Shown piece by piece: positions 26,944-36,735 of a stretch of DNA of 64,000 nt (positions within the stretch are counted from its first letter, which is position 1; every line of letters begins with the position of its first letter). The DNA is from a virus (lineage: Duplodnaviria; Caudoviricetes). The stretch covers positions 1 to 64,000 of IMG/VR virus record IMGVR_UViG_3300028832_000128. One strand, given 5' to 3'. Both the position numbers and the translations under genes were made by a program. The notes beneath the pieces are model-generated. The model saw only the letters and a list, made by a program, of their open reading frames with translations. It did not search any database and had not been told where the DNA came from.

Positions 26944-27014
26944 TTTTTATAAAAGTTTGTTGTGATAAGAAAAAAAGATTTTTACCCATTTTTTTACCTT
27001 TCGCCAATTTTTTG

Positions 27015-27054
27015 TTTTGATTTGATTGTAAAACTTTTGATTTGATTGTAAAAC
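27015..27054. promoter_or_regulatory. Tandem 20-bp operator-like repeat
   Basis: ttttgatttgattgtaaaac twice, overlapping the early promoter -10. Confidence 0.7.
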
Positions 27055-27073
27055 TTTTTTAAAAGTTTGTCAA
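27045..27073 (-). promoter_or_regulatory. Early lytic promoter (PR-like)
   Basis: TTGACA-17-TACAAT divergent from repressor. Confidence 0.8.
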
Positions 27074-27089
27074 GTATTTTTTTAAAAGA

Positions 27090-27449
27090 ATGAAAATAAC
27101 TAATTTAAAAAACAAAATTAAACATTTATTATTAGAGCAAGGTTTAAGTCAGAGCGACCTTGCAAAAAAGATTGGTGTGCATAGACAAGTTTTAACAAAT
27201 TGGCTAAGCGGAACAAGGAATCCTAAAATAGAAAATTTAGAAAAGATAGCAAAGGCACTAAATATATCTGTAGAGGATTTATTGAATGATAATAAAAATT
27301 TTTCAGACGTCCAAATCAATATTAACTCCAAAGGCAAAGTAAATCAGACAATCCAAAAACAAGATCTAAAAGACAAGGAGATTGAATTGCTTAAAAAAGA
27401 GATTGAATTGCTTAAAAAAGAATTAGAATTAAGGAGAAAACAAAAATGA
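27090..27449 (+). CDS. XRE-family HTH repressor (CI-like)
   Basis: LSQSDLAKKIGVHRQVLTNWLSGTRNPKIENLEKIAKAL. Confidence 0.9.
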   Translation: MKITNLKNKIKHLLLEQGLSQSDLAKKIGVHRQVLTNWLSGTRNPKIENLEKIAKALNISVEDLLNDNKNFSDVQININSKGKVNQTIQKQDLKDKEIELLKKEIELLKKELELRRKQK

Positions 27450-27703
27450 AAAAAATTCTATTATGCTGTTTGTTTTTGATGATACCAGCGTTATGTTTGG
27501 CGGATCAATATGTAAATGGTTATTATCGTAAAGATGGAACTTATGTAAATGGTTATTATAGGTCGTCTCCAAATAACACGTCAAGAGATAATTACTCTTA
27601 TAAAGATAACTATAATCCCTATACAGGAGAAACAGGATCGAATTATTACAGAAACGACAGAACATCAGAATATTACAACGGTTACGGTCAAGATAGAAGA
27701 TAA
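27446..27703 (+). CDS. Secreted accessory protein
   Basis: Signal peptide then YVNGYYRKDGTYV...NPYTG motif common in prophage accessory genes. Confidence 0.75.
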   Translation: MKKILLCCLFLMIPALCLADQYVNGYYRKDGTYVNGYYRSSPNNTSRDNYSYKDNYNPYTGETGSNYYRNDRTSEYYNGYGQDRR

Positions 27704-27705
27704 AA

Positions 27706-27909
27706 ATGCGAACAACAATAATTATTATTTTGGCTTTTGTTATAGGTTTTCTTGTCGGTCAAGCAACACATATCTATACTTTTAACAACAGGGGAGATAT
27801 TAGATTAAATACTATAACCGGAGATATTACAACTGTAGGAGATCTTCTAAGATCGAACTCTAAAAATAATAATCGATTAAATTTATCCGGATTAAATTTG
27901 GAAAAATAA
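27706..27909 (+). CDS. Small membrane-anchored accessory protein
   Basis: N-terminal TM; ends LSGLNLEK; packed between neighbours. Confidence 0.7.
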   Translation: MRTTIIIILAFVIGFLVGQATHIYTFNNRGDIRLNTITGDITTVGDLLRSNSKNNNRLNLSGLNLEK

Positions 27910-27911
27910 CA

Positions 27912-29015
27912 ATGCAAGAATTAGAAGAAAGAAACGGTAAATTCAGTTTTAGATACTTCGATGTTGACGGTCATTTTCGTCGTCATACTTGCGTTAGTTT
28001 ATTAAAAAGAGAAGCCGAGCTTGAGCAGGCACAATTTTTATTGGATCTAAAAAAATCAAAAGCAGATTATAACGGTAAATATAATATCGATTCTCTTTTA
28101 TGGTCTCATTTTTGTCAACTTTATTACAACAATTATGTAATACCGAACGAAATCGAACCATCAGCGGTTAAAACAGTAATAAAACAAATCGATGAAATTT
28201 TACATATAAAATATTTAAAAGAATTAGATAACGAAAATATAAATCGTTTTATTGCGGAACGCAGAAAAACAGTTGTTTCGTCCACAACAAACAGACAACT
28301 ACATGTAATTAAAAGCATGTGGACCTACGCTATTAATACTTTGGAGTTAAATATAAAAAGCCCGGCAAAACCTATAAAAGACGCTCCTGTAGAATTAATT
28401 AAAAATATAGAATTTTTTACAAACGATGAAAGAAAAAAAATATTAAACCAAATTCAACCGGCTCATATTAAAACAATATGCTGGCTTATGTTTAGTTTTG
28501 CTTTAAGAATTAAAGAAGCTGTGTCGGTTCAATGGCAGGATATTAATTTTAAAACAGGTAAAATTTTTATATATCCGTTCAAAACAAAACGCACGGATCC
28601 AAACAGAATATCGCTTACCATGCCAACCGATTTTATTGCTTATATAAAAAAATTACCACGTAAATCAGATTTTATATGCGGTAAAGATTATACAAGCAAA
28701 AATGCACGCTCGGTTATTTCAAAACAAATAAAAAAACGATTTATAGAGATTATAGGCAAAGGCAGGTCTCACATGTGCAGACACACTTTTGTCAGTCATG
28801 CAATAAATAATCCGGAAATAAAAGATAGGGATATAATGAAAGTAGCAAGGATAAAAAATCCTAAAGTATTAGAGATTTATGCTCACTACACAAAGGAAAG
28901 AGAACAAACCATAGCAAATAATATATACAACATACATCAAATCACGCCTCAGGAAATCGATAAAAAGATAAAAGAATTGCTTGAATTAAAGAGTAAATTA
29001 ACCAAATCTAAATAA
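27912..29015 (+). CDS. int: Tyrosine integrase
   Basis: Catalytic pattern ALRIKE, KTK, HMCRHTF, IYAHY; N-terminal arm-binding-like domain; beside att. Confidence 0.93.
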   Translation: MQELEERNGKFSFRYFDVDGHFRRHTCVSLLKREAELEQAQFLLDLKKSKADYNGKYNIDSLLWSHFCQLYYNNYVIPNEIEPSAVKTVIKQIDEILHIKYLKELDNENINRFIAERRKTVVSSTTNRQLHVIKSMWTYAINTLELNIKSPAKPIKDAPVELIKNIEFFTNDERKKILNQIQPAHIKTICWLMFSFALRIKEAVSVQWQDINFKTGKIFIYPFKTKRTDPNRISLTMPTDFIAYIKKLPRKSDFICGKDYTSKNARSVISKQIKKRFIEIIGKGRSHMCRHTFVSHAINNPEIKDRDIMKVARIKNPKVLEIYAHYTKEREQTIANNIYNIHQITPQEIDKKIKELLELKSKLTKSK

Positions 29016-29019
29016 TAAA

Positions 29020-29219
29020 TTTACCCAAATTTTACCCATATAGACGAGAGATATTACCTTGAGAGGGCGATGTCCTAAACCGCTAGACGATGGCAGCAGT
29101 TCCACTCTTTTAATACTGTTTTACACGACTTTTTATTGATTTTTGAATAAATTTCAACCTTTTTCAACCTTTCCAAACCTTTCCAAAACGTTATAAAATT
29201 TACCCAAATTTTACCCAAA
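29020..29219. repeat. att arm elements: paired TTTACCCA(A/T)A repeats each side of core, plus three AACCT repeats at 10-bp period
   Basis: 29020, 29031, 29199, 29210; aacct at 29156, 29166, 29176. Confidence 0.65.
29057..29097 (-). tRNA. 5' half of tRNA-Glu(CTC), att core at A/B junction
   Basis: GCTGCCA-TC-GTCT-AGCGGTTT-AGGAC-A-TCGCC-CTCTCAA-GG, then no 3' half. Confidence 0.88.
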
Positions 29220-29247
29220 TTAAATATCTTTAACTACCACAAAAAAT

Positions 29248-29276
29248 ATTATACACAAAAAAAAGACTATTGTAAA
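29248..29276 (-). promoter_or_regulatory. Promoter directed at the tRNA half
   Basis: TTTACA-17-TATAAT. Confidence 0.7.
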
Positions 29277-29295
29277 ACAAACAATAGTCTTTTTT
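29259..29295. terminator. Bidirectional terminator ending B late operon
   Basis: agactattgt / acaatagtct stem with A and T tracts. Confidence 0.8.
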
Positions 29296-29309
29296 ATATT
29301 CTTTTGTTT

Positions 29310-32300
29310 TTAAGCGGCTTTTTTTACCGCTTTTTTATACTTGCGTAGCATATTTACAATTTCGTTTTCCATTTGTATTTTTGTTTTTTCATTATCCTTT
29401 TGCTGTTTAAAGGTTAATTTTTTTCTGCTATCCGTAGAATTTTTAACAAACTTATTATACGCCGTTATTTTCTTGCTAATACCTTTTATATACGGAGAAT
29501 GTAACCTTAAATAATTCAGCTCTTCAGATGTCAATTTTCTCAAACCTTCTTTATAAGATTTTTCCAAAGCCTCAAACCTTTCTCTTTCGTCATAAAATTG
29601 TTGCATTTCTCGCCCGTAAATAAAATAACTTTCTTGTAGCCACGGTATAACAGATTTTCTAAATGCCTTTTCTTTTTCCGAAACATTACCGGTAACAAAA
29701 TCGGCAAGGTCTGTTTGTGTTTTACCTGACAATTTATCAAAAATAAATTCAGCACCTTTTTCAAGAATACTCCCAACTTGCCCCGCTACATTATAAATAT
29801 AATAATCTATTTTAATCGGAGCAATATTAAATTGCTTACCTAAAAACTTTGCAATGTTACTTGTTTTTTCGTCATACTGTAATGCTTTTTCTCTCTTTTG
29901 CAAATACTTCGGAACAATATCTTGCAACGTCGGATAAGTCTTTTTCCCGCCGCCAAGCATTAATCCTATTTTTACTATCTGCGGAAAATTTCTATACATC
30001 AATTGTTCCCATCCTGAATTATCTTTTTCAATTAAGGTTTTAAGTAAAGGAACAACAACGTTAAAATTATCCGGAATAACTCCGCCTGTTAAAGTTTCTG
30101 CGTATTCGCTCAATTTGTAATCATACTCGTTTTTAATTTCGTCATGAATCATTGCAGCTATAACAGCAGGAAAAGAATACAATTGCTCCCATGGCAACCT
30201 TAACAAATCCGTATTATTTAATCCAAACGGCAGATAAGCAAATCTCAAAAACTGAGCAGGATTTAACTGTTCTTTTAGATTTTTTCTTGTTTCATCCTTA
30301 ATATTATCCCACCACAACGAAACAACAAACTGAAATATACCATAACCTATCATGGCAAACAATGTTTTTAAGAATTTATTTTTTTCTTTGTATTCATAAA
30401 CACCTTTATTGTTTTGTTGTAAATTAACAACTTTACGTCTTTCTAATAAATTATTTCCTTTTGTTGTAAGCAAACTTCTTACACCTTGTCTTATTACCTG
30501 AAGAGAAGCGTTCATATATGGAACCGACCTTAATAAAGATCTGCCGAATCCGCCACCCCATAAACCTCTATCGCCAAACGGGACCGAAACTTCGTCAGCC
30601 ATTCTTTTAGCCGTAATAATATCAAAGCCCGCCGCTCTTGCTTTTACATACTCCGTTCTTCTTGTAACAACTTCAGACAGATTCGGTAAAAACGATAATA
30701 CTTTTCTTGCTCCGCCGAAAATTTTACTTAAAGTATTTGTTTTAAACGCTTCTGCTAAATCGTCCGGATTAACTTCATCCAAACTTGTAATAAGAGCTTT
30801 GTTATCTCCAAACAACTCGTTATATTCGTCATAATACTGTTTTAATTCAGGATTTTGTCTACATTTCACATAACTCATTAAAGGAGAAAAAAACGGAACA
30901 TATCCCATATCAGAATTAACAGCTGCCGTTATCTGATCTCTTGCAAAGTTAGTTGTTGCAAAAACAGGATTTTCCGCTGTAGTCATTAATGTAAAAAACT
31001 TTGCAGGAGCAACCATCAATTTTTCTATTAAGCTCATTTGATAATTATCAATCAAACTATCCCAAACCTTTTTAACAAACGGATCCATTTCTAAAGTTTG
31101 TTTAATATCTTTACCAGTTTGTCTGTTAGTTCCGACTACAACGAGCTTACTGTTATTTTTTTCGTCTCCTTTTGTATAAGGAACCTTTTGCATAAGGTCC
31201 GGATATAACTCGGCAATTTCGCCCATTCTGTTAGCTATCAACTGTTTATAACTTTTCTTATATGCTTCTTTCATTAGTTGTATCGAAGAGTATAACGGAG
31301 AAAGAATAGGCAACTCGCTACCTTCAATCTTTTTTAAGTTTTTAATATTCCAGTTCGAAGATACTATTTTTGGAATAACGTCGTTTTTTGCTCCGATTTT
31401 TTCAACAAACTCTTTACCATCCCCGGTAAGCTCATTATAAGCTACTCTGTTAAACGGAGCATAACCGTAATTAGCAACAAGCTCGTTATACATATCTTTA
31501 TCAATTAACTTTGCTGTTCTTAATACGGTTAAATTACACTTCATTAAAAAGTCATATTTTTTTGCAAGTTCTCTGTTTTGTGTATTATCTAAAAACTTAT
31601 ACGCCTCTTTAATTTTTTCTTCATTCTTTCCGCTTTTAGCAAGAATACTTTGCAACTCTTGCAACTTTGCACCGTCTTGTTCAATCTTTTTTGTAAGTTT
31701 GTCAATTTCTCTTTTTAAATCTTGTTCCAATTGAAACGTTGTTTTTTGATCGTGTATGTTATAAAAATCCTGCTCTTTAATTTTTTTGCTTACTTCGTCA
31801 TATCTTTTTTGCAGCTTCTTCAAATTGTTTCCACTAATCACAAGCCCGTTTGCAAGTTTATCTCGCATATCATACCAAGCCACAAAACGCCTTGCTACTA
31901 AATATCCGTTAAACTCACTTTGTGCTTTTTGCACATCTTCAATTAATGTTCTCCAATTAACAGTATCACTCACTTTTACCGGATTGCCGTGATTATCAAT
32001 TATATACATCTTACCTTTTTTGTTGGTTAAATTGTTTTCTAATATACCTTTTAAAACGGTTCTATATCCTTTTGCTGTTAAATACAAATCCTTGTCCAGC
32101 ATTTTTAATACGGCTTCACTATCAAATAATTGACTATCGATTCTTACCCCAAGCGGAATTTTTGTTTTATCTTTTACTTTTTGAGCTTTATCATATATCT
32201 CGGTTGTAAGTTGTTCTACAGGATTTAAACTTTCATAATCAACAACAATTTGTCTTGCGTCATTTCTAAAAGATTGTAAAGTATCGTTACCCATAGCCCA

Positions 32301-35300
32301 CTTATAAGCGTTAGGATATAAATTTTCTATCATATCCGGATTAATTATCGAATGTTGGATTATTGTAGCAAGTCCTTCAGCCAATCTGTTTTTTACACTT
32401 TGTTTTGAAATATCTACAGGATATAAGTCTTTACATGCTTTCAATATTTCTGCAGCTGCTTTACCTTCAAAAGTGTTTATATCAGGCACAAAGGTCGTAA
32501 ACGCTCTTTTGCCTTTATATGTTGTATTTGCTGTAAATCCTTTATCGTAAAGGTCTGTAATAATTTGTTGTTGGTCGTCAATAGCGTGCACAAGCTCATG
32601 AGCAACCACATCTACATTAAGTAAACTGTTTAAATAAATATTGCCTTTTCTGCTACCGTAATTATAATACACTCCCAAAGTATTTTTAGGTCTGTATTTG
32701 CTTTCGGCAATATTGCTTACCATATACTTTTTAGCCAAATCGTAAGTTCTTTGATACAATTTAAAATCTTTTTCTTTTGGTGTTTCGTTATTTTTTATTT
32801 TTACATCGGTTTTAAGTGCGGAACTATAAGCGGCTCTGCCTTTACCGCCTAAGGATAAATTTACAGAACCGTTTTCTTTTTCAATTTCTTTTTTTACTTC
32901 GTCTGCTTTGTTTTTAATCGATTTAAGATTTTTGAATTTAGATAAATATTTTGCCTGTTCACTGGTAAATTCTCTTGCGGTATTTGCAAGGTTTTCTTGT
33001 TGAAAGAATTTGTCTATAAGAAGATTACCGAGCTTATTTTCAAGTTCGGTTAAAGTGTCGGCGGTTACTCTTCCCCGTAAAACTTCGCTCCCTGTGATTT
33101 CTCCAACGCTTTCCACTCTTCCATTTCTTTGTCCATCTCCATCGATTCTTGCGGTGTTATCAGCCTGTTCGGCTTGCTGGATAAGCTGTCGAGCTTGGAG
33201 CTCTGTAAGCTCTTCTGAGGATTCTGCGATATTGTTTTTTCTGACATAATCATCCACTGCCCCCTTACTAAACTTATTATACAATATTTTTGCGTTTTTG
33301 TCATCCCCTATATTTGCTCCGCCTTGTCCTGCTCCTAAACAACTCGTTGCTACAACGGTTCCGCCGTTTCTTTCAATATATTTTCTTAGCTCGTTTATAT
33401 TTGCTCCCATTGTAAATATATCGTCCACTAAAATATATTGTAAATTAGGCACCACTTCGCCGCTAAACATTGCCTTGTCTACTATTCTATACATCGCTCC
33501 CGAACCGGTATGATAAGTTTTGTTTATTTGTTTAATCTTATCGTATAATTTTAATCCTGTAATTCGTCTAATTTTACCGGCATAAGCTAAAGGAATTTTG
33601 TTTTTACCTGCTTTTTCTATGGACCATAACGGCACAATTACAGCATTAGGATATTTTTCTTTTAATGCTTTTAATTGTTCGATTTTGCCTTGTATATTTT
33701 TTGCTACACTTGCACTTTTGCCGTTAGTATCAAATATTTTGTCCACTAATTCGTAAGCACTTTTTAAATCTCCTGCTTTAGCTTTTTTATGTAAATCACT
33801 ATATTTTATTACATTAGGCGTAATCGTTATTTGCACGGAATCAACAGGTTTTGTTATAGGGCAATTTATTTTTTGTAACGTATCATTTTGTATTACACTG
33901 TCTTCGATGTTTTTTGTTGCCTTTATTTGTTCGTTGTTTGTTTTTCCGTCAACGGCAAGCCCTAAATCTTCATATTTGCCTACAATTCTGTCGATACTTT
34001 CAAGTTCTTCCCAAATACTTGCGTTGTCGTTGCCTGTTGCTTCTTGCAAAGTATGCTCGGCTTGATCCCACGTATAACCTTTATTATTTATAATACCATC
34101 TTTTTCGTCATAAAAAAATTCTCTTCTTATTCTCGGACTTAAATGTTCATACTCTCCATAATTTGGATCGCCCTTTTTAGGTCTTACAATTCTACCGATA
34201 CCCATATCTTTTAATCTTTGTTTTTCGCTTTTAATTGTAGGTATAGCTCCATCTTGTTTTAACTCTTCGATAATCATTTGTTCGTATTCTTCTTTTGCTC
34301 TTGCCTCATCTTCCAATTGTTTGGCATAATTCTCATCCCACTCGGCAGGATTAAACGATGTATCGATATTACTATCGTCATTAATAATACTGTCTGTTTG
34401 TTCTGTTTCTATGTTTTCAATAGGTTGTTCAATAACTTGCGGATAATTTGTTGACACATCCACCAACACATTATTCGGACTTATATAATTTATACCGTTT
34501 CCGTAAGTAATAAACCCTAACAATCCGTTCTTTTCTCCTATATATATTCCGTAACTCGAATTATTTATTTTATAAATATTTCCTTTTACAGGTTCGAACT
34601 CTTTATTGTTTATATTGCTCGGCAAATTCTTCGATGTTTCTTCTGTAGGATTTTCAATTACATTTGCTAATCTTTGTCTTATAATACTTGCTTCTGTATT
34701 TTTTACTTGCTTTGTTATGTTTTCCAAAGTATCGTTATATTTAATGTTTACATCTGAATTAACCTTAACAATGTTTTTACCTGTTTCAATTCGCCCCGGT
34801 TCAATGTTTACATCTGTATTAATCGGTTTTTCTGCTTGCGGAATTTTTGCCATTTTGGTTTTGATATTTATTGCTACAGCGTCATCCGGGCTTATATTTT
34901 TAGCTGCTTTATCTATAGCGGTTTTAAACTGTTTTTCCTGCTCCGGACTTACTTTGTAGCCTGCTTTCTTCAATTTGTCAATTGTGTTATTTGCTGCGTC
35001 AGATAACAAAGTTTTTTTAAACTTGTTTACACCAGCACCTATAACAGCGGTATCTCCTACAGCTTCCAATAAGCTCGCTCCGAGTTTTATGTATTCGTTA
35101 GTATCTTCAGGTAACGTTTCAGCCAACATTCTTATTTGCATAGGAGAATATTTTTCGCCTTTAGCTTTTGTTACTATCAAATTTTTTAACTGTTGCAACC
35201 CCGCAAACCCTGCCAAGGCAGTTACAGGCATTGCACCGGTTAAAGCAAGTGTAGGCAATTGTGCCGATAACACTGCAAAATCTTGTTTATCTTTTAATTT

Positions 35301-35759
35301 TTTTAACTCTTCGATGTTTTTAACACTGCCACCGGCAGAGGCGACAGCTATTTTATTTCCTAAAATATCAAAACTATCAGGCTCATAAATTGTTTTAGCT
35401 TTATCGTCTTCGGCTGTTCTTGCTCTTAAAATAGGCTCTGTATTGTTATATTCTTTTACCATAGAACTGTTTGCGATATTTTTAATAACATTAACAGGAT
35501 TAACCGTATTTTTAATTGTATCTGTAACGGTATCGATATTTTTTGCAGCATTAACCGCAGGGCTTATAACTTTATTTACTCCGTCATACAACTTACTGCC
35601 TGCAGCTTCTAATATATCGGTAACGGATTTTTTATCTTTTTCTAAACCAAGCCCGGATAAATCCATTTCGCTTTTATCTTCTTTCTCTAAGTTTAATCCG
35701 CTCAAATCTATTTTGTTTTTATCTTCTTTTTCTAAGTTTAATCCGCTCAAATCAAGCAT
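29310..35759 (-). CDS. 2149-aa polyvalent / DNA-ejection protein (PRTase-like, zincin HExxH, LPD38-like C-terminus)
   Basis: YILVDDIFTMGAN, VAHELVHAID, NPVFATTNFARDQ motifs; last gene of virion operon. Confidence 0.65.
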   Translation of the reverse strand: MLDLSGLNLEKEDKNKIDLSGLNLEKEDKSEMDLSGLGLEKDKKSVTDILEAAGSKLYDGVNKVISPAVNAAKNIDTVTDTIKNTVNPVNVIKNIANSSMVKEYNNTEPILRARTAEDDKAKTIYEPDSFDILGNKIAVASAGGSVKNIEELKKLKDKQDFAVLSAQLPTLALTGAMPVTALAGFAGLQQLKNLIVTKAKGEKYSPMQIRMLAETLPEDTNEYIKLGASLLEAVGDTAVIGAGVNKFKKTLLSDAANNTIDKLKKAGYKVSPEQEKQFKTAIDKAAKNISPDDAVAINIKTKMAKIPQAEKPINTDVNIEPGRIETGKNIVKVNSDVNIKYNDTLENITKQVKNTEASIIRQRLANVIENPTEETSKNLPSNINNKEFEPVKGNIYKINNSSYGIYIGEKNGLLGFITYGNGINYISPNNVLVDVSTNYPQVIEQPIENIETEQTDSIINDDSNIDTSFNPAEWDENYAKQLEDEARAKEEYEQMIIEELKQDGAIPTIKSEKQRLKDMGIGRIVRPKKGDPNYGEYEHLSPRIRREFFYDEKDGIINNKGYTWDQAEHTLQEATGNDNASIWEELESIDRIVGKYEDLGLAVDGKTNNEQIKATKNIEDSVIQNDTLQKINCPITKPVDSVQITITPNVIKYSDLHKKAKAGDLKSAYELVDKIFDTNGKSASVAKNIQGKIEQLKALKEKYPNAVIVPLWSIEKAGKNKIPLAYAGKIRRITGLKLYDKIKQINKTYHTGSGAMYRIVDKAMFSGEVVPNLQYILVDDIFTMGANINELRKYIERNGGTVVATSCLGAGQGGANIGDDKNAKILYNKFSKGAVDDYVRKNNIAESSEELTELQARQLIQQAEQADNTARIDGDGQRNGRVESVGEITGSEVLRGRVTADTLTELENKLGNLLIDKFFQQENLANTAREFTSEQAKYLSKFKNLKSIKNKADEVKKEIEKENGSVNLSLGGKGRAAYSSALKTDVKIKNNETPKEKDFKLYQRTYDLAKKYMVSNIAESKYRPKNTLGVYYNYGSRKGNIYLNSLLNVDVVAHELVHAIDDQQQIITDLYDKGFTANTTYKGKRAFTTFVPDINTFEGKAAAEILKACKDLYPVDISKQSVKNRLAEGLATIIQHSIINPDMIENLYPNAYKWAMGNDTLQSFRNDARQIVVDYESLNPVEQLTTEIYDKAQKVKDKTKIPLGVRIDSQLFDSEAVLKMLDKDLYLTAKGYRTVLKGILENNLTNKKGKMYIIDNHGNPVKVSDTVNWRTLIEDVQKAQSEFNGYLVARRFVAWYDMRDKLANGLVISGNNLKKLQKRYDEVSKKIKEQDFYNIHDQKTTFQLEQDLKREIDKLTKKIEQDGAKLQELQSILAKSGKNEEKIKEAYKFLDNTQNRELAKKYDFLMKCNLTVLRTAKLIDKDMYNELVANYGYAPFNRVAYNELTGDGKEFVEKIGAKNDVIPKIVSSNWNIKNLKKIEGSELPILSPLYSSIQLMKEAYKKSYKQLIANRMGEIAELYPDLMQKVPYTKGDEKNNSKLVVVGTNRQTGKDIKQTLEMDPFVKKVWDSLIDNYQMSLIEKLMVAPAKFFTLMTTAENPVFATTNFARDQITAAVNSDMGYVPFFSPLMSYVKCRQNPELKQYYDEYNELFGDNKALITSLDEVNPDDLAEAFKTNTLSKIFGGARKVLSFLPNLSEVVTRRTEYVKARAAGFDIITAKRMADEVSVPFGDRGLWGGGFGRSLLRSVPYMNASLQVIRQGVRSLLTTKGNNLLERRKVVNLQQNNKGVYEYKEKNKFLKTLFAMIGYGIFQFVVSLWWDNIKDETRKNLKEQLNPAQFLRFAYLPFGLNNTDLLRLPWEQLYSFPAVIAAMIHDEIKNEYDYKLSEYAETLTGGVIPDNFNVVVPLLKTLIEKDNSGWEQLMYRNFPQIVKIGLMLGGGKKTYPTLQDIVPKYLQKREKALQYDEKTSNIAKFLGKQFNIAPIKIDYYIYNVAGQVGSILEKGAEFIFDKLSGKTQTDLADFVTGNVSEKEKAFRKSVIPWLQESYFIYGREMQQFYDERERFEALEKSYKEGLRKLTSEELNYLRLHSPYIKGISKKITAYNKFVKNSTDSRKKLTFKQQKDNEKTKIQMENEIVNMLRKYKKAVKKAA

Positions 35760-35769
35760 AATAAACCTC

Positions 35770-36702
35770 TTATTTGTTTTTCTTTAAAACCGCAATAACT
35801 TTATTTATATTGTCTTCGGTAACTTTATAACCTTGTGCTTTTAATTGTTCAATTGCTTTTTGTCTTAAATCGTCGTTGTTGTTTGTTGTTTGTTTTTTCT
35901 CTTTTTTATTTCCAAACATCCTGCTCCAAAATCCGCCATCGTCTTCTTTGGTTCCTGTAGAATCTTGTCTGTTTTTGATTATCGTATTATATTTTTTCAA
36001 TACATCGTCATACAATCCGCTTGCTCTTAAATAACCGTTAGCAATCGAATCTTCTACCATACCAACTAAAACATCTTCGTCGCTTTTATTTCCGTATGGA
36101 TCGAACCCTTTTCGCCATTTATTCAATTGATTCATTGCTTCCTTAGGCGTTATTACCCCGGCGTTTTCCTGTCTTCTTTGGTTAGTAGTTAAAGAGGATA
36201 GTCCGGATAATAAATTATAAGGCACTCTTTGCCCTGCTTTATATTTTGTATTGTAAACAGTATTTAAAATTTTTGCGGTTTGGTCGTCTAAGCTAACCAT
36301 ATAGTTACTTCCGCTTGTTACATCTTCTTTCGGCACATATCTTAAACCGTTGTTTCTTAACCTGCCGAAATCGCTTATATCTATCTTGTCTATTCTCTGT
36401 TGACTTTCTTGAGGTGTAGCAACCGTTGTAAAACTTTTTTTTGCAACTGTTTGTTCAGGTATAACTGTTTGCTCTCCTGCTACAAGATTATTCTCGTATA
36501 AATCCGCATTACCTTTTAAAGCGTTAGTCATCATACTTGTTACTATAGCGTCTTTTAATTTCTGTTCATAGGTCTTATCCTGATACGCTCTGTCGTCAGC
36601 AACATTATCTCTATTTAATTGATTTTGTATAAATAAATTTAACATACCCGATAAATTTCTAAATGCTTTTGCAAAACCTAACTCGTTTGCATAATTAGAC
36701 AT
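35770..36702 (-). CDS. Putative ejection/internal virion protein
   Basis: Middle gene of a small-medium-large trio, as in podovirus ejection clusters. Confidence 0.5.
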   Translation of the reverse strand: MSNYANELGFAKAFRNLSGMLNLFIQNQLNRDNVADDRAYQDKTYEQKLKDAIVTSMMTNALKGNADLYENNLVAGEQTVIPEQTVAKKSFTTVATPQESQQRIDKIDISDFGRLRNNGLRYVPKEDVTSGSNYMVSLDDQTAKILNTVYNTKYKAGQRVPYNLLSGLSSLTTNQRRQENAGVITPKEAMNQLNKWRKGFDPYGNKSDEDVLVGMVEDSIANGYLRASGLYDDVLKKYNTIIKNRQDSTGTKEDDGGFWSRMFGNKKEKKQTTNNNDDLRQKAIEQLKAQGYKVTEDNINKVIAVLKKNK

Positions 36703-36735
36703 ATTGCTCCCCCTGTTTATTCTTTTATATTATCC

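Larger units (their letters stand above)
1..29056. mobile_element. Prophage A (temperate, podovirus-like, DGR-bearing); left end outside window
   Basis: Full set of tail, portal, TerL, capsid, lysis, replication, repressor and integrase genes ending at a tRNA-fragment att site. Confidence 0.92.

Noticed and set aside
26981-26990. tttacccatt as an integrase arm site
   Set aside because: Matches the att arm repeat but is single and 2 kb from att; better explained as the b1 element, though dual use is not excluded
16477-27054. CRISPR array among the repeats
   Set aside because: Repeats are in-frame duplications, iterons or adjacent operators, with no regular unique spacers and no cas genes
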